Source of the DNA: Felis catus
Taxonomy: Eukaryota
NCBI RefSeq assembly: GCF_018350175.1
Contig: NC_058369.1
Location: 16,740,001 to 16,804,000, forward strand
Length of the DNA stretch: 64,000 nucleotides
Direction of reading: 5' to 3'
Shown: positions 21,311 through 34,788 of the stretch, in pieces
Layout: each line of letters starts with the position of its first letter
Position numbering within the stretch: the first letter of the stretch is position 1
Made by a program: the position numbers and the translations under genes
The notes under the pieces: model-generated
Seen by the model: the letters and a program-made list of their open reading frames with translations, nothing else
Databases searched by the model: none
What the model was told of the DNA's origin: nothing

Positions 21311-24079
21311 GCAGTAGATATTTATGAATAATAATTTGATGGCGCTTCTAGAAGGGAGGGGAAATAAATGGGTATGTTCAACCTGCCATTTTGAATTTGT
21401 TTTAGCTTCTGACGAATTCTGGATGATTTTATCTAAACATAACGTTCATTGCCTTAAAAGAGTTTGCAAACCACTGCTTTGCTTCAGTAGCCTGCATTTT
21501 ACAGATGAGGACCCAAGCCCAGAAGAAGGGACTGGTCCAAGGTCACAGACTGAGTTAGGCAGAGCTAGGACTAGAGACTGGACTCCTGGTCTCTGTTCTC
21601 CTGGCCAAGTGTTCTTTTGTGCTCTCCTGTTGTCTCTTCTGTCACTGACAGTGGCAGAACTGATTCCAGCTGCTGATTCAAAGTGGATTAATCTACCTCA
21701 GGTCAACCCTCACTCATCCTTAACAACATGTCATCTTTTCTGTCCTCCCGAGTTTTAGTGAGAGTGTGCAAGTTAGCCTTAGCAGGTATGATGCAGTCTG
21801 TAAGCTCACTGCCAACTCCTAAACCTTTCTTAGTTTTGTTTTTGGAAATATTTGAAATTTAAATTCCTTGGGCACCTGTTGGATAAATAAGAAGAGGCAT
21901 AACAGAAAGGGCAATAATGCTGGATTTTTAAAACCATATTCTATATCTATGTTGACTTGAACCTTTTTCTTAAAAACTGAAAATGATGAACCCTTTTCCC
22001 AGAAAAATGTGCATACAAAATTTTGCATTCAGTCATAGGCGCGATTCCCCTGAAGCCCACCTTTGGGTCATGGGTCATGAATCCAGCTGAGTATTGTTCT
22101 CCTATTAGGAAAAACCCATGGTCCATCTACTTGACAAATCATTTTATCTTGAAGGTACGGAGGATAGCAGTGCAGGACTTCTTGGCAACATAGAGCAGAA
22201 GGCTTGGTCTAGGTAGAGGGGTTTGCGTCCGGTCAAGGCTCTTAGCCCCTCTTTCCAACAGCTGGTTTCATGTCCTTTCCTCTGGGCCACCAGCTGCCCA
22301 GTGCTCAGACCACATCTGTCAGGCTCACGTGCGTCCAGCGAGTTGAGCAGATTCAGTGAGTGCTCACCACGGGTTGTTATTCATAAGATCTAGACCCACC
22401 ACTTTAACATTTGTCTGTTCTCCTCTCACCTCACATACTCCTTTTTCTTTATTTGTGAGGACAGAATGGGGTCACCAAACCTGAATATTACTCACTGATC
22501 CATCANNNNNNNNNNNNNNNNNNNNNNNNNNNNNNNNNNNNNNNNNNNNNNNNNNNNNNNNNNNNNNNNNNNNNNNNNNNNNNNNNNNNNNNNNNNNNNN
22601 NNNNNNNNNNNNNNNNNNNNNNNNNNNNNNNNNNNNNNNNNNNNNNNNNNNNNNNNNNNNAATGAATGGTTCTCCAACAGTTTTCTGGCATCAGTCTTCT
22701 AGCCTTTTCCCAAGGCCCTTGCTAAAGTTTTGAGCCCAGATCTGAGAATTTATCCTCTGGAAAGAAATGTCTTTTCCATGGGTAAAAGGCACAGTGTTAG
22801 AATATTTCCTTTTGACCCACTAAACCCAAGTACGCAATTTTCATTGAGACTGGCTTCAAAAGCCACACATTTGAGTGGAATCTTGCCTAAGTTTCTCTCA
22901 CACTGATTTTGTGATGAAGGAGTATGTGGAGAAGGATATCAGGAAGTGAAGTAAGAACTTGTTGATACATGCCACTTTTATGTTGTGTGTGGTGTTACAC
23001 AGGTATAATTACAGAGCTGGAGGAATCCTATGAAAAGGAGCCGTAGAGGTCCTCTATCAAAGCCATTCATTTTACAGATTAAAAAACCCTGAGGCTTAGA
23101 GATATTAAGGGACTGCCCAAGGCACAAAGCTATATTCTCTGGGATCCAACATAGCTGTTTGTTGGTGGAAGGAATGCCTTTGCGTCCTCTATCAGATTAC
23201 TCACCTGCCCTGCTGGTGTTATGCAGCAGAGCAGGGAACACCATCTGCAGTGTCATTTTTGAGCAGGGAGGACAGTGATGGGTATGCTGCCAGTCTTTTG
23301 GACGTATGGATTGTGAACTCTTTTGAATTTGAAATGACACTGTATTGGAAAACTTGAGCCTCTGAATATCGTTCATTCCTGGTGTTTTCTACTGACTTTT
23401 TCCAGGCGTCTGTGTTCATTTCCAGCCTTTCTTCTTTTTAGTGAACAGTTAGACCTCAGAGGAAGAGTGTGCTCCTTGAGAGCACGTGTGCACTTGGGAT
23501 ATGAATTCATATTCATCGAAAAGTCAGTTTTGCTCTTTCTTCCTCAAGTTAATGTGGTAGGTAATGCTGTTACCTTTGGACACCAGGCAGAGGATGAGAG
23601 AACTTGCTGCTGCCTGATGTAGGGAGGGAAAGGGAGTCGGAGGCATCCTGGAAAATCAGTTACCACCCAAGCAGTGTTCCTGGGGTTCACCCTGAGGCTT
23701 CTGGAGCTTGGCCAGCCGGCTGTGTGAATTTAAGAAGCTTATGTTGGGGGTGCTTCTTAGTGCAGGTGGTTCCTTTATTATTTTGTACATGAGACTCCAT
23801 CGTTTGCCCCTTGGCCACACCTGGTTCAGCTTAGAGGCTGGTTGATGGAAAATGAGATCACATCTTTCTAAAGGTGTGTTCCTCGCCCCTTCTAAATTGC
23901 AAGCATGGCGTGTCCCTTCCTACTCTTGATTTGTTGCGTGTTGGCACTCCTGTTGCCTCCTTGGTGTAGAGCCAGCCAGTTTCCCCACAGTCAGTTTGGG
24001 GAGGCCCCTTCCGCACAAACCACTGACCACATCACCCGTTTCCAGCGGGGGAGAAGAGAATGAACCAAGATGTGTGAAC

Positions 24080-24298
24080 CAGGAGTTGGCAAGCATTTTC
24101 TGTAAAGAGCCAGATAGTAAATATTTTAGGATTTGTAGGTCATACAGTTTCAGTTGCCACTGCTCAACTCTGATGTTGTAGCACCAAAGCAGCTGTACAG
24201 AATACATAAACAAATGGGTATGGCTTTGTCCTGTTAAAACTTTATCTACCAAAAACAGGTGTAGGCCTAACCCATTGGCTGTGGCTGGCTGACCCCTG
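24080..24298 (+). mobile_element. MER58A (hAT-Charlie)
   Basis: CAGGAGTTGGCAAGCATTTTCTGTAAAGAGCCAGATAGTAAATATTTTAGG...GCTGACCCCTG. Confidence 0.85.
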
Positions 24299-24849
24299 TT
24301 GTAGAGTGATATGGCCTTTGTAAAGTCAAAGGCTTTTGAAGTAGGCTCCACTTGCTTTATTGCCCCAGCATATACTTCTGCGGTTTCAACACGGTATCTA
24401 GCAGTGGGAAGCATCTCTTGTTAAAGAGTACAAATGAGCCCGAAGTGAAGCACTTTCTTTTTCCAGCTCACTGCAGGGGATCATGGGACTATCCTGGTTG
24501 GTGACTGAATAACTGACATAGGAGAAGTTACTGTTAAATTTTGCATCTCTAAAGTCTTGTTAGCTCTGCTGGAGCTTGAACCAGACTGTTTCTGAAGCAT
24601 TAACTAAAGACACCATGCTCCCTTTCTGTCTCAGTTGAAGCTGAGGATGCTTAGCTGCTTGCAGAATGGCAGGCCAGAGGAGACCGTGATGGCTCCTGTG
24701 TTCCAGTGGACCTGACCGGCTGTGTTCAGGGCCGTGAAGGTAAGGGCCAGAGTTGGGGCTGCCTGCCGGCAGGCAAAGTAGACAGTTCACATATGGCCCA
24801 ATACATCTGGGCAGAGTGTGCTGCATATCTGATCAGAACACAAAAATGC

Positions 24850-25610
24850 TTTCCAAAAAACAAGCTCAAGAACAGATATTTTTATATATTTACGGCAGAA
24901 TTATTCACAGTAGCTGAAAGATGGAAACCACCCAAGGGGCACAGACTGTTGAATGGATAAAATTTACTCCATTTTGTTGAAATATACACGATGGAATCAT
25001 ATTCCATACATACAATGGAATATTATGTAGCCTTAAAAATGGAAGAAACTCTGACACCTGCTACAATATGGATGAACCTTAAAGACTTTATTTATGCTGA
25101 ATGAAACTAGCCGTTCATAAAAGGACAAACACCGTAAGATTCCACCTGAATGACATAACCAGAGTGCACAAAGGAAGTAGAGTGGGGGCTGCTTAGGATT
25201 GGGAGGAGGGGACAGAGTTTCAGTTTGGGAAGATGGAAAAGTTCTGGAGACAGATAGTGGGGCTGGTTGCACACCAATGTGAATGTCTTTCACGCCACTC
25301 AACTGGACACTTAAGAATGGTTAAAATGGTAAACTTTAGGGGCGCCTGGGTGGCGCAGTCGGTTGGGCGTCCGACTTCAGCCAGGTCACGATCTCGCGGT
25401 CCGTGAGTTCGAGCCCCGCGTCAGGCTCTGGGCTGATGGCTCGGAGCCTGGAGCCTGTTTCCGATTCTGTGTCTCCCTCTCTCTCTGCCCCTCCCCCCCG
25501 TTCATGCTCTGTCTCTCTCTGTCCCAAAAATAAATAAAAACATTGAAAAAAAATTTTAAAAAAAATGGTAAACTTTACGTTATGTGTATGTTACCACAAT
25601 TTTTTAAAAA
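24850..25610 (+). mobile_element. L1MB-like 3' end with a young SINE inserted
   Basis: ATGGATGAACCTT...GAGTTTCAGTTTGGGAAGATGGAAAAGTTCTGGAGA...ATGGTTAAAATGGTAAA. Confidence 0.85.
25339..25561 (+). mobile_element. Young SINEC_Fc
   Basis: Perfect TSD AAAATGGTAAACTTTA at 25323-25338 and 25562-25577. Confidence 0.95.
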
Positions 25611-26584
25611 GCTAGTAAGCTCAAGAAGACTTGTTGCCAGGTGGGCACGTGAGACTGCTTGTAGTGCTGTGATTGTGGAGACACTAAAGATAGAATCTGG
25701 CTCTGTGTCCAGACCCACTGAGGAGAAACACAGATACTGAGGGGTGATCTCTCCTGTTCTTTTGCTTTGTAGTGTGCTGCCTCAGCTGTTAAGAGCCAGA
25801 TTTTATTAGCTCAGCCCTGGAGCTGCACTTCAAATGGTCACTTAAAAGGAATCGATTTCTGAGAGATACATATTAAAGTGATGCACACGTGTCGTAAGCT
25901 TATTTTTCCTGTGCTGATTTGTAAAATCTAAATGTCCTGTAACCTTGACAGAGCTGTTCTGAGGACCAGCAAAACATACTGTGCTAACCTGTCTTCCCAC
26001 TAAGGGTTTGTTGGCATAATCTGTAAATTACAGTGGCTTTCAAATCAGTATCTCTGTTTTGCTTATTTTGCTTCTAAATACTAGACCTGCGTTTCACCTG
26101 TCCTGTGGATCCTCATGCTAATTATGTCTCAAATGAAGGCTCTTTCCCTCCTAAACTATCTCTTCTTTTGTTCACTTTGTGTATGGATGGCACACTATCC
26201 ATGTAGTCAGGTAGAATGGAAGCTCTGGAATTGGCTTTGGCTCATCCTCTCTCTCTTCTGTATATTTTATGGCATTTATCACAATAATAATGACATTACT
26301 TACAATATCATAACTCCGTGAGAGCAGGGACTGTGACTGAATTATTCACCTATGTGTCTATGTAATGTGTCTAGTAAGCCACTGTCCTAATTCAGGTCCT
26401 CTTCATCTTTTCCCTAAACCCAGGATTTCTGGAGTAGTGTGTTGAGAGAATTCTTACAGACCCTTTAGGGAGTGGTCCTTGTGCAGCTGCCAGATTGTTT
26501 CTCCCCAGGCTCTGGTCTGATCATTCGTTCTCCTGTTGTGAGTGACCTCCCATTCCATTCTCATTCAGCAGTGTGCTCAGCAGA

Positions 26585-27020
26585 TATGTCAGCGCCTTCC
26601 GCGTGCCAAGCACTGTTCCATGTGCTGAGCAAGCAGCCCTAGGCAGGGTAGGCAGCGCCTCCGTGAGCATGAGCTCACGTTCTGGTGGGAGGTGGAGTGG
26701 CAGACAATAAACAGATAAATAGGTATAAAATGTCCCGTGGTGGTAAGTGCTATGGAGAAAAATAAAGCCCGATAAAGGGGACTGAGGGTGTTGTTTTTGT
26801 CAGAGGGACCAGAACCAGCCTTGCTGAGTAGAGGTCTGAATGAAATGAGGGAATGACCCATGAGCATATCTAAGGGAAAGTATTCTAGGCAGAGGGAATA
26901 GCAAGCACAGAATCCTGAGACAGGAGCATACTTGGTATTTGGGGACACACCAGGCAGCTGGTGTGATAGGAAGAGAGTGACCTGGGTGACAAGTGGAAGA
27001 ACACAAGGTTGGAGAGGTAG
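26585..27020 (-). mobile_element. L2 3' fragment
   Basis: GAGCTCACGTTCTGGTGGGAGG...GTGGTAAGTGCTATGGAGAAAAATAAAGC...ATTCTAGGCAGAGGGAATAGC. Confidence 0.7.
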
Positions 27021-27067
27021 ATCCGCAGGCCCAACATAGTTCCTTGTGTGGCTCAGTGAATACTTGT

Positions 27068-27110
27068 TGAATGAATGAATGAATGAATGAATGAATGAGT
27101 GAGTGAATGA
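27068..27110. repeat. (TGAA)n, L2-tail-type repeat
   Basis: Preceded by GTGAATACTTGT, typical of an L2 3' end. Confidence 0.75.
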
Positions 27111-27334
27111 AGCTAGACAGTAATTATTCGTTTATTGGTTTATGAGTTTAGAATCAGGGCAGGGTGTTTGGGGTGCACATAAGAAACGTAGGGAGAGGGC
27201 AGGGACTGTGACTGAATTATTCACTGGTGAAGAGAGAGCACAGGATTTCACTTGGACTTTTCCCTTCTCCCATTCAGGAGACATGAGCTCTCTGGCCAGA
27301 GCTAGAGAGACCAATGTTGGCGTGTGTGTGTGTG

Positions 27335-27530
27335 TGTTTAATGTTTATTTATTTTAGAGAGAGAGAGAGAGAGAGCATGAGCAGGGGAGGGGCAGAGAGG
27401 GAGACATAGAATCTGAAGCAGGCTCCAGCTGTCAGCACAGAGCTGGATGTGGGACTCGAACCCACAAACCGTGAGATTGTGACCTGAGCCGAAGTCAGAG
27501 ACTTAACTGACTGAGCCACCCAGGCGCCCC
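27335..27530 (-). mobile_element. CAN-SINE
   Basis: Antisense body ending CAGGCGCCCC. Confidence 0.9.
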
Positions 27531-28459
27531 CGGCTTGTTCTTGAAGTAACTAACTTCTCTTCACCACAGAGAACATCAGAAGTTAGAAACTTGTCAGGGG
27601 AACAGGAAGTAGAACTCCTGGTGGTTTAAAAGGTGCTCCTACCCCTGTTTGGGAAAGCTTGTCTTTTCTCCCCCTGTCCATCGGCTGTACTTTTAAGTCA
27701 GCAGGACATCTGGGGAAAGCCACTGGCTGGTGGGAGTGCAGGAGCAGCAGGTGGTGGCTGGTGTTCGGTGGGATTAGAGGAAAGACTGCTGATTTAACGG
27801 CTTCTCTGATTATTCTAAGCTGCTCACAGAAATCTGCCACTGTGTCTGTGAGACGTAAGAGAAGCTTAAGCATGCCCTGTTGGTGCTGACCGCTACTCCT
27901 GGTTGACTTTTTTAGGGCCACCAGCGGCATCCTTGATATGCACATTCCACCAGACCGGCCCTTCTCTGCCTTTCTCTCCTAGTCGTCTGTAGGCTCCTCC
28001 TGCCGACTGTGTCTTTGTGATCTGTGTTCTCCAACTTGCAAGCCTTTGCTCCCGCATTCTTCTGGCTTAGAGTATCGCTCACATCTGCCAGCATTCTTAC
28101 CCGTGTGCAAGGCTCCTTTCATATTTTTTTTTCCCCAATTAAGGGGAAAGAAGTGGCCAAACACTCCTTCCTCTGTTCTCCTAAGGCACGCTGCATTGTT
28201 TCTGTTCAGCATTGTCTTGTGGTCACAAGTTTGCACTCCTGCCTCCCTGCCAATCTGTGTTTTTGTGAGGCACAGGCCTGTGCCACCTTCTCTCTTTTGC
28301 GCTGCCCTGTTGCAGTGGGGGGTGGTGTGAAATCCCGTCTGTCTGGAGTCTTCTCATATCCCTCCAGGTGCAGTCAATCTCTCCCTCTTCTGTTGTACCT
28401 TACCCCCTTGTTACTGACAATATGGCCCTTGCACTGATAGCTTCCATGTCCCCTGAGAG

Positions 28460-28560
28460 CTCGTTGGAAATGCACGCTCTCTGCCCCCACCTCAGACCTG
28501 CTGAACCGGAATCTGGTGGTTCTTACATCCTGTGCACATGAAAATTTGAGAAGCATTGCC
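28460..28560. mobile_element. MER5-like fragment
   Basis: CCCCACCTCAGACCTGCTGAACCGGAATCT...AAAATTTGAGAAGCATTG. Confidence 0.5.
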
Positions 28561-29960
28561 TTCACACTTTGCACCCCTTACCATACTGAACACAGTGTAG
28601 ACGTGCTTGAGTGTTCACTCTTCCCATCCAGACGTTGAGCTCCTGTGGCCTGTGAAGCCTCTATTATCCAACATAGTTCTTAGCATGTTTCAGGTGCTCA
28701 AAAGTGTTTGCTGTATTATCTGAAAGGGCCCCTGGTGTTATGTTTGAGATGCTCCTTCAGTCAACATATTAATGAAGTGCCTAACTGTGCATGGTGCTTT
28801 GCCAGTGCACGAGGCACCCTGCTGTTGAGTGGGCATCAGCCCCTAACTTTGGCATTGAGAGATCGGTGGGTGAGATGGATACCCATAATTAATTATGAGA
28901 CAAGGTGGAGTGTGGTAAATTCTGTAAGTGCCCAGCTGTTACCAGAGGCCTAAGGGAATGCCAAAGGAATGGCAGCTATTTCCAGTTCACAGGATTTGTG
29001 ATAGTTTCATGGAGAGGATAGTGTCCGATTGGTGCCCTGCACGATGAATAGAACTTTGACAAACAGACTTTGTGGGAGGAGGCATTCCAGGCTGGGGAGA
29101 GCCTGTTCAAGGGCCGAGGCATGAAAGTGCACAGAGAGGATGTTCCTTGAACAAGTAAGACGTAGAGGTGGAAGGTGTGATTGGGGAGGTGCGTGCGTGT
29201 GCACTGAACTCCTGGAATTCTAGTGGTGAGGAGTCTGGACTGGTGAGGAACTGGAAAATCACATGCTATTGTTGCAGTTAGATGTTCAGTGGTTTCTAGG
29301 GACTCTGCCCTCCTGTCTCCCTCTCTCCCTCTCTCCCATTCTACCTTGCTGGACATGGTGGGAGGCAGGGGAGGGTTTAGAAGCAGTGGGACAGGCCTGA
29401 ATATTGTAGCTGGCTCTTTCCTGGCTCTTTATGGGACCATGGCCCACGTCTTTTTTTAGTCCTAGCTGGTCAGCCACTTCCTCCCTCACCCCCTTCCGGA
29501 GTCACTTAGCCAGTGGGGGCTCCCTATAGCTCATCAATAGAGGGTTTCACACAGTGAGCTTTAAGATGCCATCAAAACCCCAGACTGAACCCCGTGTGTT
29601 TTATTATGCCTGCTGTCTGCTTCTCAACCCTGTGGGTTTGGGATACTAATCATTTTTCCTTTTGGTGGGATGGACTAGCATCCCTCAGCCCATGTTCTGG
29701 GCTGGGGGCAGGTCATCCAGCATTCAAAATGAAAGGACACACCCCCTACCTTCATTTCCTTACATGCCACCCTGTTAGAAATGCACCTGAACAAGGCAAC
29801 CATAGTGTGGCTTGTTTATTTCTTCTAGGGTTGGGACTGCACTGTCAGCCTGGACACCAGGTCCTCCTCTGGTCGTCCCTAAGCTTTACCATCTTTTTGT
29901 TGAGCCTCTTACTTCAGCTAACTGAATTTCCAGATAAGGTTAGATAGTAACCCACTGAAC

Positions 29961-30156
29961 TTTTTTTTTTTTTTTTTTTTAAGGTTATTTTTGAGAGAGA
30001 GTGTGTGAGCAGGAGAGACGCAGAGAGAGATGGGGACAGAGGATCTGAAGCGGGCTCTACACTGACAGCCTGATGCGGGGCTCAAACTCACGAACTGTGA
30101 GATTATGACCTGAGCTGAAGTCAGACACTCAGCTGACTGAGCCACCCAGGGGCCCC
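29961..30156 (-). mobile_element. CAN-SINE
   Basis: TSD TAGATAGTAACCC. Confidence 0.9.
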
Positions 30157-31502
30157 TAGATAGTAACCCTCTTGATGCTTCAGTGCCTTCCTCCCACCAG
30201 CTCTGTCAGTCCTGAGCCAAAAGATCAAGGTTAAAAAGAAGAGATGGCACTCATCAGAAGTTTTGTTATTTGTTTGTATCTCAGATGAAAGACTGAGAGC
30301 TATCTCTTAGATGAAATGGGCTCTGGGATTCATTAAGTATACTTGGCAATGAGTTACTGTGTTAAGTGCTAGGACATCATAGCCTTTCCTTTCTGCGGGA
30401 AGAACATTCGTTCCGGATGGGGAGACATTCATTAGAGACAATATAAAAATGCTACAAGTTATGCTGGAGGCTGGTACCAGGCACTACAGGATGGGGATGC
30501 CCACTGCCTGGGAGTCTCGGAAGCCCCATAGAAGAGGGAGCATTTGAGCTGGATCTTCATAGATGAGCAGTAATTCACCAGGCAGAAAAATATGGGATAA
30601 GGATCCCAGCAGAGGAAATAGGGTGATTTAGGGGAATTGCCAAGAGCTGAGAAGAAAGGCATGGTGGGGGATTTGGGGTAGATAGAGGCTAATTCGGGAT
30701 TTGGATCTGACTTGTAGGCAATAGGGAGCCCAACAAAATGGGGACTGACATGACAGACTCCATTATATTTTGAGTTGATTCGTTCAGAAACTTTATTCAT
30801 TCAACAAATACTGAGCGTTCATTGCCAGAACTAGTTCAGGAAACATACAAAGATTGCTCCCTTGGTAGACCTCATGATTTAGTAAGATAGGTAAGTTACT
30901 TACGTCAGGCCGCCACCATTTGCTCTTGTCAAGGTTGCCCGTGACCTCCACATACAGAGTGACCTCCACAGTATAGAACCATTCTGTAACCACAAAGATT
31001 TCCCTTGTGCTGCCCCTTTATAGTCACACCCATCCCCCTCCCACCCTCCATCCCTGATCTCTGGCAGCCACTAATTTGTTCTGCTTCTCTCATTTCAAGA
31101 ATGCTGTATGAATGGAATCATGAAGTACGTGACGTTTTGAGATTGACTTTTTCTACTCAGCATAATGCATTTGAGGGCCATCCAGGTTGTTAAATGTACT
31201 GATAGTTTTTTACTTACTATTTCTGACTAGTATGCCGTGGTGTGGATGTACCATGTTTTGTTTAACCGTTTACTCATTGAAAGACATTTAGGTTCTTTCC
31301 AGTTTGGGGCTACAAATAAGGCTGCTATGAATATTCATTTACGGGATTTTGCATGAAGGTAGGTTTTCGTTTCTCTGGGATAAATGCCCAAAGAGTACAA
31401 TTGCTGGGTCATCCAGTAAATTGATTTCTAGTTTTAACAGACATTGCCAAACTAGTTTCCAGAGTGGCTGTGCCATTTTACATTCATACCGGCATGTATG
31501 AA

Positions 31503-32002
31503 TACCATGGTTAATTTTGGGGGTCAAGTTGACTAGACTGTGGTGTCTAGTTGTTTGGCCAAACATCAGTCTGGATGTTGCAGTGAAGGTATTTTTTTGG
31601 ATGTGGTTAGCATTTAAATTGGTAGACCTTGAGTAAAGCAGATTACCTTCCATAATGTGGGTGGGCCTCATAAAATTGTTGAAGGTCTCAGGAGCAAAAA
31701 CTGAGGTTTCCTGAAGAAGAAACAATTCTTCGAGATTGTAACATAAAAACCTTGTCTGATTTTCCCACCTGGGGGCCTGCCAGTGCTGATTTCACACTCT
31801 AGACTGCAACATCAAATCTGATCTGAATCTCCTTCCTGTCAGCCCACCATATAGATTTCACACTTACCAGCCCCTGTAATTGTGTGAGCCAATTCCTTAA
31901 AATCAACCTCCCCTCCCTCTCCCACCTTCCCTCCTTTCTCTGGCTCCCTCCCCATACGTACACACAACACTTCTGTTTATCTGGAGAACCCTGACTAATA
32001 TA
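31503..32002 (+). mobile_element. MLT2-family (ERVL) solo LTR
   Basis: ATGGTTAATTTT...GAGTAAAGCAGATTACCTTCCATAATGTGGGTGGGCCTCAT...CTGGAGAACCCTGACTAATA; 5-bp TSD ATGAA/ATGAG; inserted in L1. Confidence 0.85.
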
Positions 32003-32647
32003 ATGAGTGACTGAGTTCTGCATCTTCACCAGCAATTGGTGTTACCACTTTCTTCATAGTAGCCATTGTGTTAAATATATAGTGATATCTAATTGTGACT
32101 TTAATTTGCATTTCCCTAACGGGTGGTAGAGTTGAACATCCCATGTATTTATTTGCCAGCTGTATATCCTTTCTGATGAACTGTCTCTTCATGTCTTTTG
32201 CCCATTTTCTCGTTGGATTATTTTTGTTAGACAACTGTTGTGCATTTAGTGTTCTTTGTGTATTGGAGGTAGGAGTCCTTTGTCAGATGGACTCACATTT
32301 GGCAAATAGGTCAAAAATACAGTGTTAAATAGCATCAAGTCCTATTATTAAATAGTATTATTTGCAAGTAATAATACAAATTTACAAGTGTAATTTGCAA
32401 ATAATAATACTTTCATTTTTCTTTCAATCCCACACCTCTCAGAGTGAGAGGATTTCTACACTAGCCTGGTCTGCCTTTGTAATGAATCTGATAATTTGCC
32501 ACTTATTCAGTTCTGGGGAAACCTTTTCCTACCATACAGAAAACATACTCTTTGCTGATCCCCTGTCCTTGGATTCCTGCAGAGAAAGGACAAGATCCAA
32601 GATCTGAACTCTTAAGTGAGATCCTGCTGAGTATCCCTATAAAGTAT

Positions 32648-32861
32648 TTTAAGTTTATTTATTTATTTTGAGAGAGAGAGAGTGCATGCACGTGCATCCG
32701 AGTGGGGAAGGGGCAGAGAGAGAGGGAAGACAGAATCCCAAGTGTCCAAGGCAGGCTCCACGATGTCAGCGGGAAGCCCAAAGTAGAGCTTGAAATCATG
32801 ACGAGCGAAATCAAGAGTTGGACACTTATCCACTTAACCAACTGAGCCACCCAGGCACCCC
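32648..32861 (-). mobile_element. CAN-SINE
   Basis: Antisense body. Confidence 0.85.
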
Positions 32862-32953
32862 TGAGTGTCTTTTTAATTTAAAAAATGCTTTTATTTCTTT
32901 TGTATCATTTAATTTTGAAAAAAAAAGATTTTCTTTCTTTTTTGAAAAACATA

Positions 32954-33166
32954 TTTTTTTTTAATGTTTATTCATTTTTGAGAGAGAGAGCGTGCAAGAG
33001 AGTACACACAAGTGGGGGAGGGAAGAGAGAGGAAGACAGAGAATCCAAAGCAGGCTCCTTTGAGGTCAGTGCACAGAGCCTGAAGTGGGGCTCGAGCCCA
33101 TGAACCATGAGATCATGACCTGAGCTGAAGTTGGATGCTCAACTGACTAAGCCACCCAGGTGCCCC
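32954..33166 (-). mobile_element. CAN-SINE
   Basis: Antisense body. Confidence 0.88.
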
Positions 33167-33521
33167 CCAAAAATATTTTCTTAAAGTCAATACAAGTCTC
33201 CCCATTTCATAGCAGATAAAGTTGAGGCCCAGGGAAATTGGGCCTGTATTTAATTTGCAAATAAAATTTATTTATATTGCAAGTTTGCAAATATTTCTCC
33301 CCATCTGTAGATTGTCTTTTCATTCCCCTAAGAGGGTGTTTCACAGCACAAAAGTTTTAAATTGTGATTTAGTCTAATTTATTAAATCTTTTCCTTATGG
33401 ATTGTAGTTTTCGGTCTCCTATCTGATAACTCTTTACCAAGCCCTAGGTCCTGAAGAATTTCTCCTATGTTTTCATCTAAGTTTTATATTTTTAAGTTTT
33501 ACATTTAAAAATCTATGATCT

Positions 33522-33730
33522 GGGGTGCCTGGGTGGCTCAGTCAATTAAACGTCCGACTCTTGGTCCCCACTCAGGTCAGGGTCTCCTGGTTTGTGGGTT
33601 CAAGCCCTGTGTTGGGCTCTGCACTGACGGTGCGGAGCCTACTTTGAATTCTCTCACCCTCTCTCTGCCCCTACCCTACTTGTGCTTGGTTGCTCTCTCA
33701 AAATAAATAAATAAACTTAAAAAAAATTAA
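33522..33730 (+). mobile_element. CAN-SINE
   Basis: TSD TTAAAAATCTATGATC. Confidence 0.9.
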
Positions 33731-33897
33731 AAATCTATGATCCATTTTGAGTTAATTTTTGTGTGTGCTGAGGTGTAAGCTGAAGTTCTATTCTTTGCCT
33801 GTGGATTTCCAATTGCTCAGCCCTATTGGCTGAAAAGACCTATCTTTCCTCCATTTGAGGTACAGATGTTTTCGTACCTTTGTCAGAATTCAGTGGC

Positions 33898-34030
33898 GGG
33901 GGATGCTCAGGTGGCTCAGTCGGTTAAGCGTCTGATTCTTGATCTCAGCTCAGGTCTTGATCTCAGGGTTGTGAGTTTAAGCCCTGCTTTGGGCTCCATG
34001 CTGGACATGGAGCCTACTAAGAAAAAAAAA
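33898..34030 (+). mobile_element. Short CAN-SINE
   Basis: Head plus A tail, no (CT)n. Confidence 0.82.
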
Positions 34031-34244
34031 TCAGTTGGTCATACTTGGGTGGGGTTACTTCTGGGTTCCTAGTTCTCTTCCATTGGTCAAGGTCCCTATC
34101 CCTACACTACTTATTCTGGCTATATAGTAAATCTTGAAATGGAGAGAGTGATTCCTCCCACATTATCCTTTTATTATACTATTTTAATTATTATTATTAT
34201 TTACATTTTAAACCATTTTTAAATGTATAATTCATTTGTCATTA

Positions 34245-34788
34245 TGATGCCAGCAAGTTGGGTCCAGAGACCCAGAGGATGGATGGACTTTAAATGTAAG
34301 CCAGCAGGAGGTGAAAGTAGAGTTTATTGAAGGTATAGAGAGAGTGCAGGTACAGAGAATCCCGGAGACTCAGAAGGGAAAAGAGGGAGTCTCGTCTTTG
34401 CTCATGGTCTTGGGGTTTTTGTTGAAGACTGTGGTGTGGTGGATTACGTGTCCACTCACGCATCCAGGAACTGGTTGGAACAAAGAGGAGGGCCCGGGTG
34501 TTATTCCCAGGAGCCATAGGGCCTGGGTGTCAAGATGTCCAGAGCTGTGGTGGTCTGAAATGCGCATACGAGGGCTTCCCAGCCATTCTCATCTGGTTCT
34601 TCCTTAGATGTTATCTATTCTAAAGAAATCATTATTAACTCCTTGTCCCTTACTTACAAGAGGACATACACTATTTGCTTTATAAGGCCTGTGTAAAGTG
34701 GGGTGGACGTTTAGGTCCTAGCAAGAATAGAAGTAGGAAAAGGAGTAAAGTGCAGATGTTTATGGAATCCTTCAGTCTCCCTATCTCA
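34245..34788 (-). mobile_element. Solo LTR, ERV1-like (544 bp)
   Basis: TGA...TCA termini; 4-bp TSD ATTA at 34241-34244 and 34789-34792; minus-strand AATAAA at 34328-34323; splits an L1 3'-end fragment. Confidence 0.8.

Noticed and set aside
23499-23512. 14-bp perfect palindrome ATATGAATTCATAT
   Set aside because: Several palindromes of this size are expected by chance in 64 kb
27915-27932. CTCF-like GGCCACCAGCGGCATC
   Set aside because: Several mismatches in the 3' half of the core motif
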